Source: Waterburya sp.
GTDB taxonomy: Bacteria; Cyanobacteriota; Cyanobacteriia; Cyanobacteriales; Xenococcaceae
Length of the DNA stretch: 64,000 bases
Direction: 5' to 3'
NCBI GenBank assembly: GCA_965217895.1
Contig: CBDCJV010000002.1
Coordinates: 4,576,001 to 4,640,000, forward strand
The notes under the pieces are model-generated. The model saw nothing but the letters and a program-made list of their open reading frames with translations. It was not told where the DNA came from and ran no database searches. Shown one piece after another: positions 40,366 to 50,576 of the stretch (position 1 is its first letter; each line of letters starts with the position of its first letter). Made by a program: the position numbers and the translations under genes.

Positions 40366-41910
40366 ATGAACAATCAAGATCATGCCGTAACTATTTCGCC
40401 AATGGACGAATACAATCAGCAGTTGCTGGCTAACGTTCATCCCTCAGATTGGGCAAACCCTAAACCCGTAGATTGTTATGATTTGGTTGTGATTGGTGCA
40501 GGTACAGCAGGATTAGTCACAGCCAAAGGTGCAGCAGGGTTAGATATTGGTTTAAAAGTGGCAATGATCGAAAAAAACCTGATGGGTGGAGATTGTTTAA
40601 ATGTAGGCTGTGTACCCTCAAAGTGCCTAATTCGCTCTTCTCGTGTGGTAGCAAATATCAAAGAGTCCCTGCCTTATGGAGTTAAACCTCCAGAAAACAT
40701 TGAGGTTGATTTCCCTAAAGTAATGGCAAGGATGCGTCAGGTAAGAACTAAGATTAGTCCAGTTGATTCGGCTGTAGCAGCAAAAAAAGCAGGAGTTGAT
40801 GTTTTTTTTGGGGAAGCAAATTTTACTAGCAAGAATACTATTGCCGTAAATGGGCAAACCCTTAAGTTTAAAAAAGCGGTAATTGCCTCAGGTGCAAGGG
40901 CAGTAAAACCAAAGATCGAAGGGATAGAAGAAGTCGGCTATTTGACTAATGAAAATGTTTTTTCCCTCACAGCCTTACCCAAAAGGCTAGCGGTAATTGG
41001 TGGAGGTCCAATTGGTTGTGAATTAGCTCAGGCTTTTCATCGTTTGGGCAGTGAAGTCATTTTGTTTCATAAAGGTTCTCATTTACTCGATAAAGAAGAT
41101 ACAGACGCAGCAGAAATAGTACAACAGGCATTTGTCCAAGAAGGTATACGCTTAGTTTTAAACTGCCAACTACAGGGAGTTAAGCAAAGTGCAGAAGGAA
41201 AAGTGATTAGCTTTAAAGGTGACGGTGAACCCGAATCAATTGTAGTCGATCAAATTTTGGCTGGTGCAGGTAGGCAGCCTAATGTGGAAAGTTTGCATTT
41301 AGAGGCAGTGGGAGTAGAATACGATCCCCGCAAAGGAGTAAAGGTAAATGACAGTTTACAAACTAGCAACTCCAAAATTTATGCTGCGGGAGATATTTGT
41401 ATGAATTGGAAATTTACCCATGCTGCCGATGCTGCTGCGCGAATTGTGATTAAAAATACGCTGTTTTCTCCCTTTGGTTTGGGCAAATCAAAACTTAGTG
41501 ATTTAACTATGCCTTGGGTAACTTATACCGATCCTGAAATTGCTCACGTAGGAATGTATGAATCGGAGGCACAGGCAAGAGAAATTAACTGCAATACCAT
41601 TAAAATTAACTTTGATGAAGTCGATCGCGCCTTGGCAGATGGCGAAACCGAAGGCTTTCTAAAAATTCTCCACAAACAAGGTTCAGACGAAATTTTAGGA
41701 GCAACTATAGTCGCCCCTCACGGTGGAGAAATGATTAGTGAGATTACTACGGCGATGATTGGCAAAATGGGCTTGAGCAAGCTGGCTACAGTCATTCATC
41801 CTTATCCCACTCAAGCAAGTGCTATTAAACAAGCTGCTGATACTTATCGTCGAACCTTATTAACTGAGAGAACTAAAAAGTTGTTAAGCTTTTTGAGCAA
41901 ATTATCTTGA
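40366..41910 (+). CDS. FAD-dependent pyridine nucleotide-disulfide oxidoreductase (MerA-like)
   Basis: GAGTAG, GGDCLNVGCVPSK, GGGPIGCE, HPYPT; lacks the C-terminal CC pair and the NmerA domain. Confidence 0.85.
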   Translation: MNNQDHAVTISPMDEYNQQLLANVHPSDWANPKPVDCYDLVVIGAGTAGLVTAKGAAGLDIGLKVAMIEKNLMGGDCLNVGCVPSKCLIRSSRVVANIKESLPYGVKPPENIEVDFPKVMARMRQVRTKISPVDSAVAAKKAGVDVFFGEANFTSKNTIAVNGQTLKFKKAVIASGARAVKPKIEGIEEVGYLTNENVFSLTALPKRLAVIGGGPIGCELAQAFHRLGSEVILFHKGSHLLDKEDTDAAEIVQQAFVQEGIRLVLNCQLQGVKQSAEGKVISFKGDGEPESIVVDQILAGAGRQPNVESLHLEAVGVEYDPRKGVKVNDSLQTSNSKIYAAGDICMNWKFTHAADAAARIVIKNTLFSPFGLGKSKLSDLTMPWVTYTDPEIAHVGMYESEAQAREINCNTIKINFDEVDRALADGETEGFLKILHKQGSDEILGATIVAPHGGEMISEITTAMIGKMGLSKLATVIHPYPTQASAIKQAADTYRRTLLTERTKKLLSFLSKLS

Positions 41911-41985
41911 CCAACGTTTAAAGATTAGTTATTTATTGGTGTGCATTGAGAGCAATTTTTAATTTGAATGTGTTTTTGTATGCCA

Positions 41986-42588
41986 ATGAGCAAAAATGAC
42001 CAAATAAACATAGAGCCTGATTTATATCTTGAAGAAAAATCTTTAGTCGATCTGCGCACCTATGACCTTTCTAACTTTGAGCGAGGTAGATCGACCTGGG
42101 TTGTAATACTATGGTGGCTAGTGCAGGCGATCGCTTTTCCTCTAAGTCTTCATAGCTTCAACGTTTTTCGCTGTTTTTTATTGCGTCTTTTTGGGGCAAA
42201 AATAGGCAAAGGTGTAGTGATTCGCCCTACCGCTCGTTTTACTTATCCTTGGAAAGTAGAAATTGGTGATTATAGCTGGGTTGGCGATGACGTTGTGTTT
42301 TACAGCGTAGATCGGATCGTAGTTGGCTCTCACTGTGTTATTTCTCAAAAATCCTATCTTTGTACTGGTAGCCACGACATCCAAGATAAATCATTTGCTC
42401 TAATTACCGCACCCATCACAATTGGTAATGGTGTTTGGGTAGCTACCGATTGTTTTATTGCTGCGGGTATAAATATCGGTTCAAATAGCGTTGTTGGCGC
42501 AAGAAGTAGCGTCATGAAGAGCATTCCTGCTAGAAAAGTTGCTTGGGGAAGTCCCTGCATTGCTCATTATTCTAGAACAATTACTTAG
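41986..42588 (+). CDS. WcaF/HpsU-like polysaccharide acetyltransferase
   Basis: LLRLFGAKIG, YPWKVEIGD, YLCTGSHD, hexapeptide repeats; start codon uncertain. Confidence 0.85.
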   Translation: MSKNDQINIEPDLYLEEKSLVDLRTYDLSNFERGRSTWVVILWWLVQAIAFPLSLHSFNVFRCFLLRLFGAKIGKGVVIRPTARFTYPWKVEIGDYSWVGDDVVFYSVDRIVVGSHCVISQKSYLCTGSHDIQDKSFALITAPITIGNGVWVATDCFIAAGINIGSNSVVGARSSVMKSIPARKVAWGSPCIAHYSRTIT

Positions 42589-42682
42589 AAAATTAGATAT
42601 AAATACCCTTGAGCAACATCAGGTTTTAAAGTTATACCTAATATTAAGCTCTTAGTTATGATAACCAACCAAAACGCAATTA

Positions 42683-43336
42683 ATGAAGTACGCAGACCTG
42701 CAACGAAGGCTAAAGCAATATCAAATTGCAGGAATAGCAAAAGTTAAGTTAAATTCTTCTTTAGCAATTTTAGAAGCAGAATATCAACGCTGTTTAGAAC
42801 TAGAGCTATCACAAACGGATTTAGAGCGATTGACTTCTATTCGAGAAGATAAAAACTTGGAGCTTATTTCGACCTTAGATATTTATACTCGTCCAGAGAA
42901 TTTTGCTTTGAAAATTATTAAAGCCAAAGCTTACACTTTGGGAGAAGTAAAGGATCTTCAAGAGCTTAAACTATCATTTCCAATTTTTAAAAACAAGCAA
43001 TATGATTTTCGGACTAAAACTTCTTGGTCAAAATGTGTTTATTTTATCGATAATTTGACCAAAAACTCGCAAGAATTTATTAAATTTCAGCAAGATTTGG
43101 AAGCATTTACTAATTCAATTAGAGAACAAAAATATTATCAATTATCTGGAGAAAGTGCAGTCCAAGAGGCTTATGATGATTTAGCTAATTATATTAGCTG
43201 GTGGAAAGGCGTACAGTGGGAATATACCTTAGCTACAAAAGCTTCTACTTTAGATTTATTAAAAAGAGCTTGGCTAGAACAATATTTAGCTCAACATAAC
43301 CTAAGTGAAATGTTGAGGTATAGTCCAATCGATTGA
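42683..43336 (+). CDS. Hypothetical protein
   Basis: 217-aa ATG ORF, apparently helical; no family recognised. Confidence 0.7.
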   Translation: MKYADLQRRLKQYQIAGIAKVKLNSSLAILEAEYQRCLELELSQTDLERLTSIREDKNLELISTLDIYTRPENFALKIIKAKAYTLGEVKDLQELKLSFPIFKNKQYDFRTKTSWSKCVYFIDNLTKNSQEFIKFQQDLEAFTNSIREQKYYQLSGESAVQEAYDDLANYISWWKGVQWEYTLATKASTLDLLKRAWLEQYLAQHNLSEMLRYSPID

Positions 43337-43459
43337 AACATCTGAGTTAATTAAGGTGGTAATGAGTAGATTGTAATTTATGTATTTAGTGATAAATAAT
43401 TGATGATTAACTTTGATAAGGCAACTTAGATATTAACCCATGTATGAGAAACAATTATT

Positions 43460-44260
43460 ATGACCGTAACTGAGTATAGAGGAAGTCTACAAGAAATAGT
43501 CAAAAGCTGGAAAGATCAAATTATTTGTTTTTCTCCTCAAGGAGAAGGCTATGGAGCTTATTTTGTTGATTCTAGGAGTAGCGAGTCAGTTAATTATATT
43601 CGAGCAAACTGCGATGAGTTACGTCATTTGGCAACCAACTATGATTCATTATTAATTAAAATCAAAAGTAAATATTATGGTTCTTTAAAAGAAGCAGTAT
43701 TAAATACAATTAAGTACGAAGCAACCCGAAGGGCATTTAAAAAACAGCATGAATGGATTCAAAATAACTATAAATTATTAATTGAAAAGCAACAGCTAAG
43801 TGCAGAACAACAAGAATCTCAAATCAAACAATTAAAGCTAATTATTAGAGAGCAAAAGCAAGAAGTTACAGCTATTAAAAGCGAATGTCGCGATCGCTTG
43901 GCAGCAATTCAAGCAGAAACTTTACTCCAGCAAAAAGAGGCAGAAATAGAACAGAAAAATATTGAGATAGCAAAGTTAAGCCAACAATTAGAAAATTGCG
44001 ATCGCGAAATTAACCATCTACAATCTGAATTAAATAAAGGTCTTCACGAACTAAAATTAAAATATCGCTGGCTGATCGCTCAGTTTATTCAAGAGCGTGC
44101 CGCCAAGCAACAAAGCGATCGTCAAAATAAAAGTCTACAAACTTGTCAAAATTTGTTTCAAAAAGCTCAAAGAAAGCTTAATTCTCTCCAGTGTGAAAAC
44201 AAGTTATTAAGACAAGAAAATGTTTATCTGCGTAATAATACTAAAATGCTGCGGGTCTAA
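43460..44260 (+). CDS. Uncharacterised protein: conserved N-domain plus long coiled coil (paralog of 34599..35261)
   Basis: Shared motifs with 34599 ORF; heptad-rich C-terminal half. Confidence 0.8.
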   Translation: MTVTEYRGSLQEIVKSWKDQIICFSPQGEGYGAYFVDSRSSESVNYIRANCDELRHLATNYDSLLIKIKSKYYGSLKEAVLNTIKYEATRRAFKKQHEWIQNNYKLLIEKQQLSAEQQESQIKQLKLIIREQKQEVTAIKSECRDRLAAIQAETLLQQKEAEIEQKNIEIAKLSQQLENCDREINHLQSELNKGLHELKLKYRWLIAQFIQERAAKQQSDRQNKSLQTCQNLFQKAQRKLNSLQCENKLLRQENVYLRNNTKMLRV

Positions 44261-44335
44261 ATAGATAAAAGGAATATTATCTCTTACCTATTTATTACTT
44301 ATTACTCCTTGCGGGGAGTACCCCTTGACTACTTC

Positions 44336-45169
44336 TTACTTAAAAATAGCTGGTTTGCGCTCAGAATTATTAGGACGAGCAGGCACAGAGCTACTTTTAG
44401 TTAGTCGCTGTCCTGTACCACCATCAGCAGGATCGAGAAAGGGTTTGAGGTTGATATTTTTAGGTGAACGACGGCTGCCATTATTGCCAGAATTACCACC
44501 AATGACTTTACCCACTTCATCTAAAATATTTCCTCCAGATTGATTATCACCAAAGGTATAAACACCCTGAGTTTGCTGACCATCATCAGCAACTAATAAA
44601 TTGTCAAAAATCAGATCGCGAGTCAACTTAGGATCTTGTCCAGGGGGAACAGTCAAAATTAAGCGGCAGTCTCTAGGATCTACTTGAGTTGTCACACAGA
44701 TAGTATCGTAGCCGTTTTCAACGCCAGTAGACAACTCTAGCAGTCCATCTTGACGATAGGCTTCAAAACGGCTGGTGATAGCGTCACAACGTTTTTTGGG
44801 AGTCCAACCACCACCTAATTCACTAGGAATTGCCCAAGGATATGCCTGGTTGGGTTGGCTTTCAGGGGAATACATTACCGTATATTCACCATTAACTAGT
44901 TGGCAGGTAAATCTAGTATCAGCACTGCTGGTAGAAGTAGGAGGAGAACTAGAACTGTTCGGTTGATTAATTATTACTTCTGGGGGTTCTTTGGTTTGAC
45001 TAATAACCTGACGTAGCTGCTGAATGCTGTTGAGATCCAGGTTTTTTACAGGTACGGCATTGGCATTGCTGGTGCTACTCCAAAAAACCAATGCCAAGCT
45101 AGGAATACTAGCCAAAGAAACCAATGATTTTAAATGATTGTTTAAAGAGTTCATAGATTGTAATGACAC
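44336..45169 (-). CDS. COP23-domain secreted protein
   Basis: Signal-like N-terminus; TRFTC, GGGWTPKKRCDAI, ENGYDTICV, CRLILT. Confidence 0.85.
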   Translation of the reverse strand: MSLQSMNSLNNHLKSLVSLASIPSLALVFWSSTSNANAVPVKNLDLNSIQQLRQVISQTKEPPEVIINQPNSSSSPPTSTSSADTRFTCQLVNGEYTVMYSPESQPNQAYPWAIPSELGGGWTPKKRCDAITSRFEAYRQDGLLELSTGVENGYDTICVTTQVDPRDCRLILTVPPGQDPKLTRDLIFDNLLVADDGQQTQGVYTFGDNQSGGNILDEVGKVIGGNSGNNGSRRSPKNINLKPFLDPADGGTGQRLTKSSSVPARPNNSERKPAIFK

Positions 45170-45322
45170 TGTATTTAGTTCCTGAAATTCTGCAAGATTA
45201 GCAATTTAAAATACCCATAGCGCAAAATGAATCTCGATATTAATCTTATTTTTTATTTTGCGCTTCAATAGTTTTGACGATTAATTGAGGCAAATGTTTC
45301 TGAGAAACCCCAGAATTATTCA

Positions 45323-45452
45323 CTGATGTTACGCATTTATCGATCTATGAAGACTGGATAGTGGGGTGTTTGGGGTAATGAGGTGTTTGAGGTAATTACT
45401 CCTCTATCTCCATTACTCCACTACTCCATGACCCCATGCTGCGTAATATCAG
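45323..45452. mobile_element. 130-bp MITE with 13-bp TIRs and 7-bp TSD
   Basis: CTGATGTTACGCA ... TGCGTAATATCAG flanked by TTATTCA on both sides; hairpin-like internal repeats. Confidence 0.78.
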
Positions 45453-45733
45453 TTATTCATTTACTTGTGTTACGCACGCCAGAACTGAAATCTTTACTCT
45501 TTAGTTCCAAACTAATTACTGAAACTATTGAAATCTCACACTGAAGAAATAAATAAAATTTACTGGAAAAAGATGCTAATGAAAGAACAAAGTTTTGGAC
45601 TTATCCCAAACTCAGGTTAAGTGATCTCTAAAAACAGGATTTATTATAACCTCTGCGGGGGCGACACAAAAGAAGGAGCATAGTATTATTAAGCTCCTCC
45701 ACATAATCTTTGAATATTATTTAAAATCAATTT

Positions 45734-46987
45734 TTAGATTGCACTATTAGACAATAGAGCGTCTTTTAATTGCTTTGCTTTGTCAGTTTTCTCCCAAGGC
45801 AAATCAAGATCATTTCTGCCAAAGTGTCCATATGCAGCTACATCTTGATAGAAACGACCACCTCTTTCTTGAGGCAGATTACGCAGATTTAGAGTTTGAA
45901 TAATTCCCGCAGGACGCAACTCAAAGTGTTCTTGAGCTATTTTCAACAGCGCGTCTTCATCAACTTTGGCAGTACCAAAGGTTTCAATAAATACACTAAC
46001 AGGTCTAGCAACGCCAATGGCATAACTTACCTGAACTTCGCATTTATCTGCTAAACCTGCTGCCACAATATTATTTGCCACATAACGACAAGCATAGGAG
46101 GCACTGCGATCTACTTTCGTGGGGTCTTTACCAGAAAAAGCACCACCGCCATGACGAGAATAGCCACCGTAAGTGTCTACAATAATTTTACGACCAGTTA
46201 AGCCAGAATCTCCTTGAGGGCCACCAACAACAAATTTACCTGTAGGGTTGACTAAAAAACGGGTTTTATCATTTGGCTTTAAATCTAAATCAGCGAATAC
46301 AGGCTGAATTACCGCTGACCAAAGATCTTCTTTAATTTTTTTCTGTACAGCACTATTTTCTGAAAGATTGTCAATAGTTTCTGTGTGCTGAGTCGAAACT
46401 AAAATGGTATCAATGCCCACAGGCTTTCCATCTTCGTATTGAATTGAAACCTGAGTTTTGCCATCAGGTCGCAGATAAGATAAATCACCTTGTTTGCGCA
46501 CCTCTGCCAAACGACGAGACACTCGATGAGCCAAACTAATAGGTAATGGCATTAATTCTGGAGTTTCGTTACAGGCATAGCCAAACATCAATCCCTGATC
46601 TCCTGCTCCAATTTTATCTAGCTCACTATCACTAAGATTTTCTCTTTGTTCTTGAGCTGAGGTTACACCTTGAGCAATATCTGGAGACTGTTCATCTAGG
46701 GCGATTAGTACAGAACAGCTATCGGCTGAAAATCCATTTTCAGCATGGACATAGCCAATTTCGGCGATTTTTTTTCTGACTAAATCTACATAATTGACTT
46801 GAGCTTTAGTTGTTATTTCCCCTGTGACTAAAACTAAGCCTGTATTAACTACCACTTCTGCCGCAACGCGACTTAGAGGGTCTTGAGCTAATATAGCGTC
46901 TAAAATGGTATCGGAAATCTGATCACAAATCTTATCGGGATGTCCTTCTGTGACCGATTCGGAGGTGAATAAGTAGTTACGAGACAA
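45734..46987 (-). CDS. metK: S-adenosylmethionine synthetase
   Basis: [31 protein letters not shown] start at 46987 behind GGAGG. Confidence 0.98.
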   Translation of the reverse strand: MSRNYLFTSESVTEGHPDKICDQISDTILDAILAQDPLSRVAAEVVVNTGLVLVTGEITTKAQVNYVDLVRKKIAEIGYVHAENGFSADSCSVLIALDEQSPDIAQGVTSAQEQRENLSDSELDKIGAGDQGLMFGYACNETPELMPLPISLAHRVSRRLAEVRKQGDLSYLRPDGKTQVSIQYEDGKPVGIDTILVSTQHTETIDNLSENSAVQKKIKEDLWSAVIQPVFADLDLKPNDKTRFLVNPTGKFVVGGPQGDSGLTGRKIIVDTYGGYSRHGGGAFSGKDPTKVDRSASYACRYVANNIVAAGLADKCEVQVSYAIGVARPVSVFIETFGTAKVDEDALLKIAQEHFELRPAGIIQTLNLRNLPQERGGRFYQDVAAYGHFGRNDLDLPWEKTDKAKQLKDALLSNSAI

Positions 46988-47078
46988 TTTGGTATAATCC
47001 TCCAATGAATGCTATTGCGGTGGCGCGAGATTATGAAATAAGCAGCCAAACATAAGACTATATGATACAGCTTTGTTT

Positions 47079-47825
47079 TTAAGATGACAAAGTTTGTAGC
47101 TCCAAAAGATTGGAAATTTGAACATCTGCCTGGGATAGTTCCACATTATTGTGGCGACAAATGCCAATAGCTGCTGCTGCACTAGCGTTTTTTGCCATGA
47201 TTATATCAAGCGCAGAATCTCCTACCATTAGTGTTTGTTGGGGTACAACTCCTAAAGCCTGGCAGGCTTGAATAAAGAGTCTGGGGTCTGGCTTCACTAT
47301 AATTCCATTAACTCCCATGCTTAGTTGAATATATTTCTTAAGTTCATGAACGTCAACGAAATTTTCAACCTCTGGGGTAGAATCGCTAGATAAAATGCCA
47401 ATTTTTAGACCTGCATGAGACAAATGCTCAAGAGTTTCTTTTACATCGGCAAATAATGGTACTGTTTGAGGGTTTTTAATTAGATATTTTGACTCAGATA
47501 CTTCTGTAAAAGCCTGTTGAGCAATTTCTTTTGCTTCGTGCCAACTTCTTCCTGTTTCAGCAATATAGGCAGCAGCAGCAATCTCGTTTTCAAAGCGACT
47601 GCCAACAGCCATTAAACCAGTAGGGTTTAAACTATTGTCTAAAATACCAAACGCCATTAGTAAAGGCTCTCCTACTCCTGGTATTTGAGCATCAATCAAA
47701 CGCGCTCTTTCCGTACCTACTCCACGCCAGAATTCTAAGGAATTTTCTAAAGTGCCATCTTTATCAAAAATAATGGCATTAATATTATTAAATTTTACAT
47801 CTTGACAAGCGATCGCAACTGACAA
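47079..47825 (-). CDS. HAD-family hydrolase
   Basis: FDKDGTL, KPDP, MVGDS; conserved position next to metK. Confidence 0.88.
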   Translation of the reverse strand: MSVAIACQDVKFNNINAIIFDKDGTLENSLEFWRGVGTERARLIDAQIPGVGEPLLMAFGILDNSLNPTGLMAVGSRFENEIAAAAYIAETGRSWHEAKEIAQQAFTEVSESKYLIKNPQTVPLFADVKETLEHLSHAGLKIGILSSDSTPEVENFVDVHELKKYIQLSMGVNGIIVKPDPRLFIQACQALGVVPQQTLMVGDSALDIIMAKNASAAAAIGICRHNNVELSQADVQISNLLELQTLSS

Positions 47826-47862
47826 ACTTTTTCTCCTCAAGTAAATATAATTAAGCAGTTAG

Positions 47863-47893
47863 CAAAAAAAAGAGAGGAAATTTATCCCCTCTC
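47863..47893 (-). terminator. Intrinsic terminator after rps1
   Basis: GAGAGG/CCTCTC stem with U tract on the minus strand. Confidence 0.55.
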
Positions 47894-47923
47894 GATTGCC
47901 AATAATTTTATTCTTATCGGCTT

Positions 47924-49050
47924 TTATTCATCTACTGCTGCGCCAACCATTTCCCCTTCTGAATCTTCTTTAGGGGTGTCTTCTGTTGCTTCACCCGTAG
48001 GTTCAATAGTTTCCTTTGCTGCTATTTCTGCGACAGGTTCTTCTGCTGCTTCTTCATCTGTTTCTTCTACAGCAGTCTCCTCTCAGCCTCCTCATTCACT
48101 ACAGGTTCTTCTATCATTGCAGCAGCTTCTTCTAAAGTAACTCCTTCGGCTTCAGCCAATAGTTTTTGGCGATATTTCTCAGCCATTTCTTCGGCTTTCT
48201 CAGATACTATCTCTCTATTTTTCAGCATATCACCTGGTTCTGGCTCAAGCTGCTTAGTAGATAAAGATATACGACCTCTTTCTGCATCCAGGTCGATGAT
48301 CATTACCTTTAATTCGTCATTAACGCCAAACACACTGTGAGGAGTATCGATATGGTCATGAGAGATTTCGGAGATGTGAAGCAATCCACTAACGCCACCA
48401 ATATCGATAAATGCACCGTAAGGTTTGATTCCACGGACAGAGCCTCTAACTACTTGACCTACTTCTAAACCATTCATCTTACGCTCTACCAAAGCTCGAC
48501 GATGACTTAGAACTAGTCTGTTTCGCTCTTCATCTACCTCTAAAAATTTAAGTGGTAAATCTTCTCCTACTAAATCTTCTTTAGCCTCCCTAGCACTGAT
48601 ATGAGAACCAGGAATAAATCCTCTCAAGCCTTCAATTCTAACTAATGCACCACCACGGTTAGTTGCAAACACATTGGAACGAACGGTAGCATCTTCCTGC
48701 TGTAGCTGTCTGACGCGCTCCCAAGCACGCATATATTCAATACGTCTAATAGATAATGTTAACTGTCCATCTTCGTTCTCATCAGTTAAGATAAAAAATT
48801 CTCTAGTTTCATCTGCCTGAAGAACTTCAGTAGGATTGTCAACGCGATTAATCGACATCTCTTGAATAGGAATATAAGCAGCAGTTTTAGCACCAATGTC
48901 AATCAAAGCTCCCCTTGGTTCCATACTAAATACCGTTCCTGCTACTATATCTCCAGGACTGAAGTGATAATCGTACTTGTCGAGTAAAGCAGCGAAATCT
49001 TCGTGAGTGAAACCAATATCTGTAGTACTTTTTGTTTGCTGATTGACCAT
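47924..49050 (-). CDS. rpsA: 30S ribosomal protein S1 (rps1a) with apparent frameshift near 48085
   Basis: IGFTHEDFAALLDKYDYHF and three S1 repeats. As written it stops at 48067, but an acidic tail continues in another frame to TAA at 47924. Confidence 0.93.
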
Positions 49051-49099
49051 ATGGGTTAATTGTCCTTGTTGTATTTCTTGATTTTTTTGATTGATGAGC

Positions 49100-49155
49100 C
49101 TCCTGCTTGATGTACACTCATCCAATTGTTGTGCAGCCTACACCTACATCACCGA
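49100..49155 (-). ncRNA. Candidate cyano-30S leader RNA upstream of rps1
   Basis: GAUGUA...UACAUC pairing (49109-49114 with 49145-49150) in the rps1 5' region; matches my recollection of the motif's location, no covariance model run. Confidence 0.45.
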
Positions 49156-49559
49156 TAATTTCAGCCGACAATTGAGTCGTTTGTTAAATTCAAACAACTC
49201 TACAATAATGTATTGCTACTGAAGCATACTTGTCTGTTGATAAAATGGCATTACTCTATTCTAACTTTTTATTGAGCTTACCGTAACTTTTTTTGCTTTT
49301 TTTTACTAAAGAAAGGCAATAATTACGATTCTGTATTAATTTGGATATTAGCTTAAATTGGAATCAGTATAAAATTTTTCCTTAATCAGTAATTAAGAAT
49401 TGGCAAAATATTAAGCTCAAAAAATACAGTTACAAATTACTCCGCTTGGTCTGACATAAACGCAGTCGCGAAACCCCCCCAGGCGATGCGAACTCCTAAA
49501 CGAACCGAGCCTGTCTTGTGGACAGCGTATATGCGGAAGCGCGCCTTTGTCTTGCTAAG

Positions 49560-50150
49560 TCAGCATTCCCTTGATAGGGCAGCGTTCCCTAACGATGACG
49601 CGGAGTCTGCCCGCTGCTGTGACCGTTGGTCAGTAATTGAGGTTGAAGCAGAGGGTGTATTTAAATCTTGCCAGTGATCGAAGTCTACATTTTGTAAATT
49701 TTCACTTTGAAGATGATTTAATGTTTTGATAAAATCTTTGATGCCTTGAAACTTTCTATATACTGAGGCAAAACGTATATAGGCTACTTCATTTTCGTAG
49801 CGCAAATTTTCTAAAACCAATTCTCCTATTTCACTACTGCTAAATTCTTTACCTGAATTTTGCTGAAGTTTAGCTTCAATGTTATCAACAATTGCCTCTA
49901 CTTTTTGATAGGATATGGTAGTTTTTTCACAGGCTCTTAATATGCCTCGCAGTAACTTAGCACGGTCAAAAGATTCACGACTGCTATCTCTTTTGATGAC
50001 CGTAATCGGTACTAATTCAATTCTTTCATAGGTTGTAAACCGCTGCTTGCAGTCTAAGCATTCTCGGCGACGGCGAATGCTTTGTCCACTTTCGGTAGAA
50101 CGAGATTCTAAGACTCGGCTTTCTGTATGTTGGCAGTTAGGACAATGCAT
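49560..50150 (-). CDS. nrdR: Transcriptional repressor NrdR with repeat-derived C-terminal tail
   Basis: MHCPNC...VLESR...RRRRECLDC...RFTTYE; ATP cone; [10 protein letters not shown]. Confidence 0.96.
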   Translation of the reverse strand: MHCPNCQHTESRVLESRSTESGQSIRRRRECLDCKQRFTTYERIELVPITVIKRDSSRESFDRAKLLRGILRACEKTTISYQKVEAIVDNIEAKLQQNSGKEFSSSEIGELVLENLRYENEVAYIRFASVYRKFQGIKDFIKTLNHLQSENLQNVDFDHWQDLNTPSASTSITDQRSQQRADSASSLGNAALSREC

Positions 50151-50318
50151 GGAGAAATAAAGAATTGGATTATAGTTACGATCAATTGCTAATATAAATA
50201 GCAAATCTGAGCCGTTTCTTATATCATAGTCTGTCTCACAACAGACGTTAACAAAAAAAGACTCAGAAATAGAAAAATCTTAAAAATAATTAACCTACAT
50301 TAAGCAATTTAAAGCAAT

Positions 50319-50414
50319 TTATTTTTCGATACGGGGTGGTTCGCGAAAAGCGATCGCAAAAAAGAGAACGGCGATCGCCATAGCTAAGACTAAAATGTAT
50401 GCAACAGCTTCCAT
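50319..50414 (-). CDS. psbT: Photosystem II reaction center protein T
   Basis: Below the ORF-track cutoff; manual translation MEAVAYILVLAMAIAVLFFAIAFREPPRIEK*, downstream of psbB. Confidence 0.96.
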   Translation of the reverse strand: MEAVAYILVLAMAIAVLFFAIAFREPPRIEK

Positions 50415-50498
50415 ATTTAAATTCCTAAAATTTATTTACTAGTATTTTACCAACAAATTTAACTGAAGTTCAGAATTCTTTAAGATTCTTATGAGAAC

Positions 50499-50542
50499 TT
50501 GCGTTAGAGAAACAGCTTTTGATAAACCTCTCTCTAACGCAA
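50499..50542 (-). other. psbB 3' stem-loop (mRNA stabiliser or attenuator)
   Basis: Perfect 12-bp inverted repeat TTGCGTTAGAGA ... TCTCTAACGCAA. Confidence 0.55.
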
Positions 50543-50576
50543 ATTAAAATTTGAAGTTCTAAACTGTTAGCTAAAT

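Noticed and set aside
40366..41910. Mercury resistance gene merA
   Set aside because: Lacks the C-terminal vicinal Cys pair and the NmerA domain, and has no mer operon context.
46990..47078. SAM riboswitch upstream of metK
   Set aside because: Short spacer with no recognisable SAM-I or SAM-II core.
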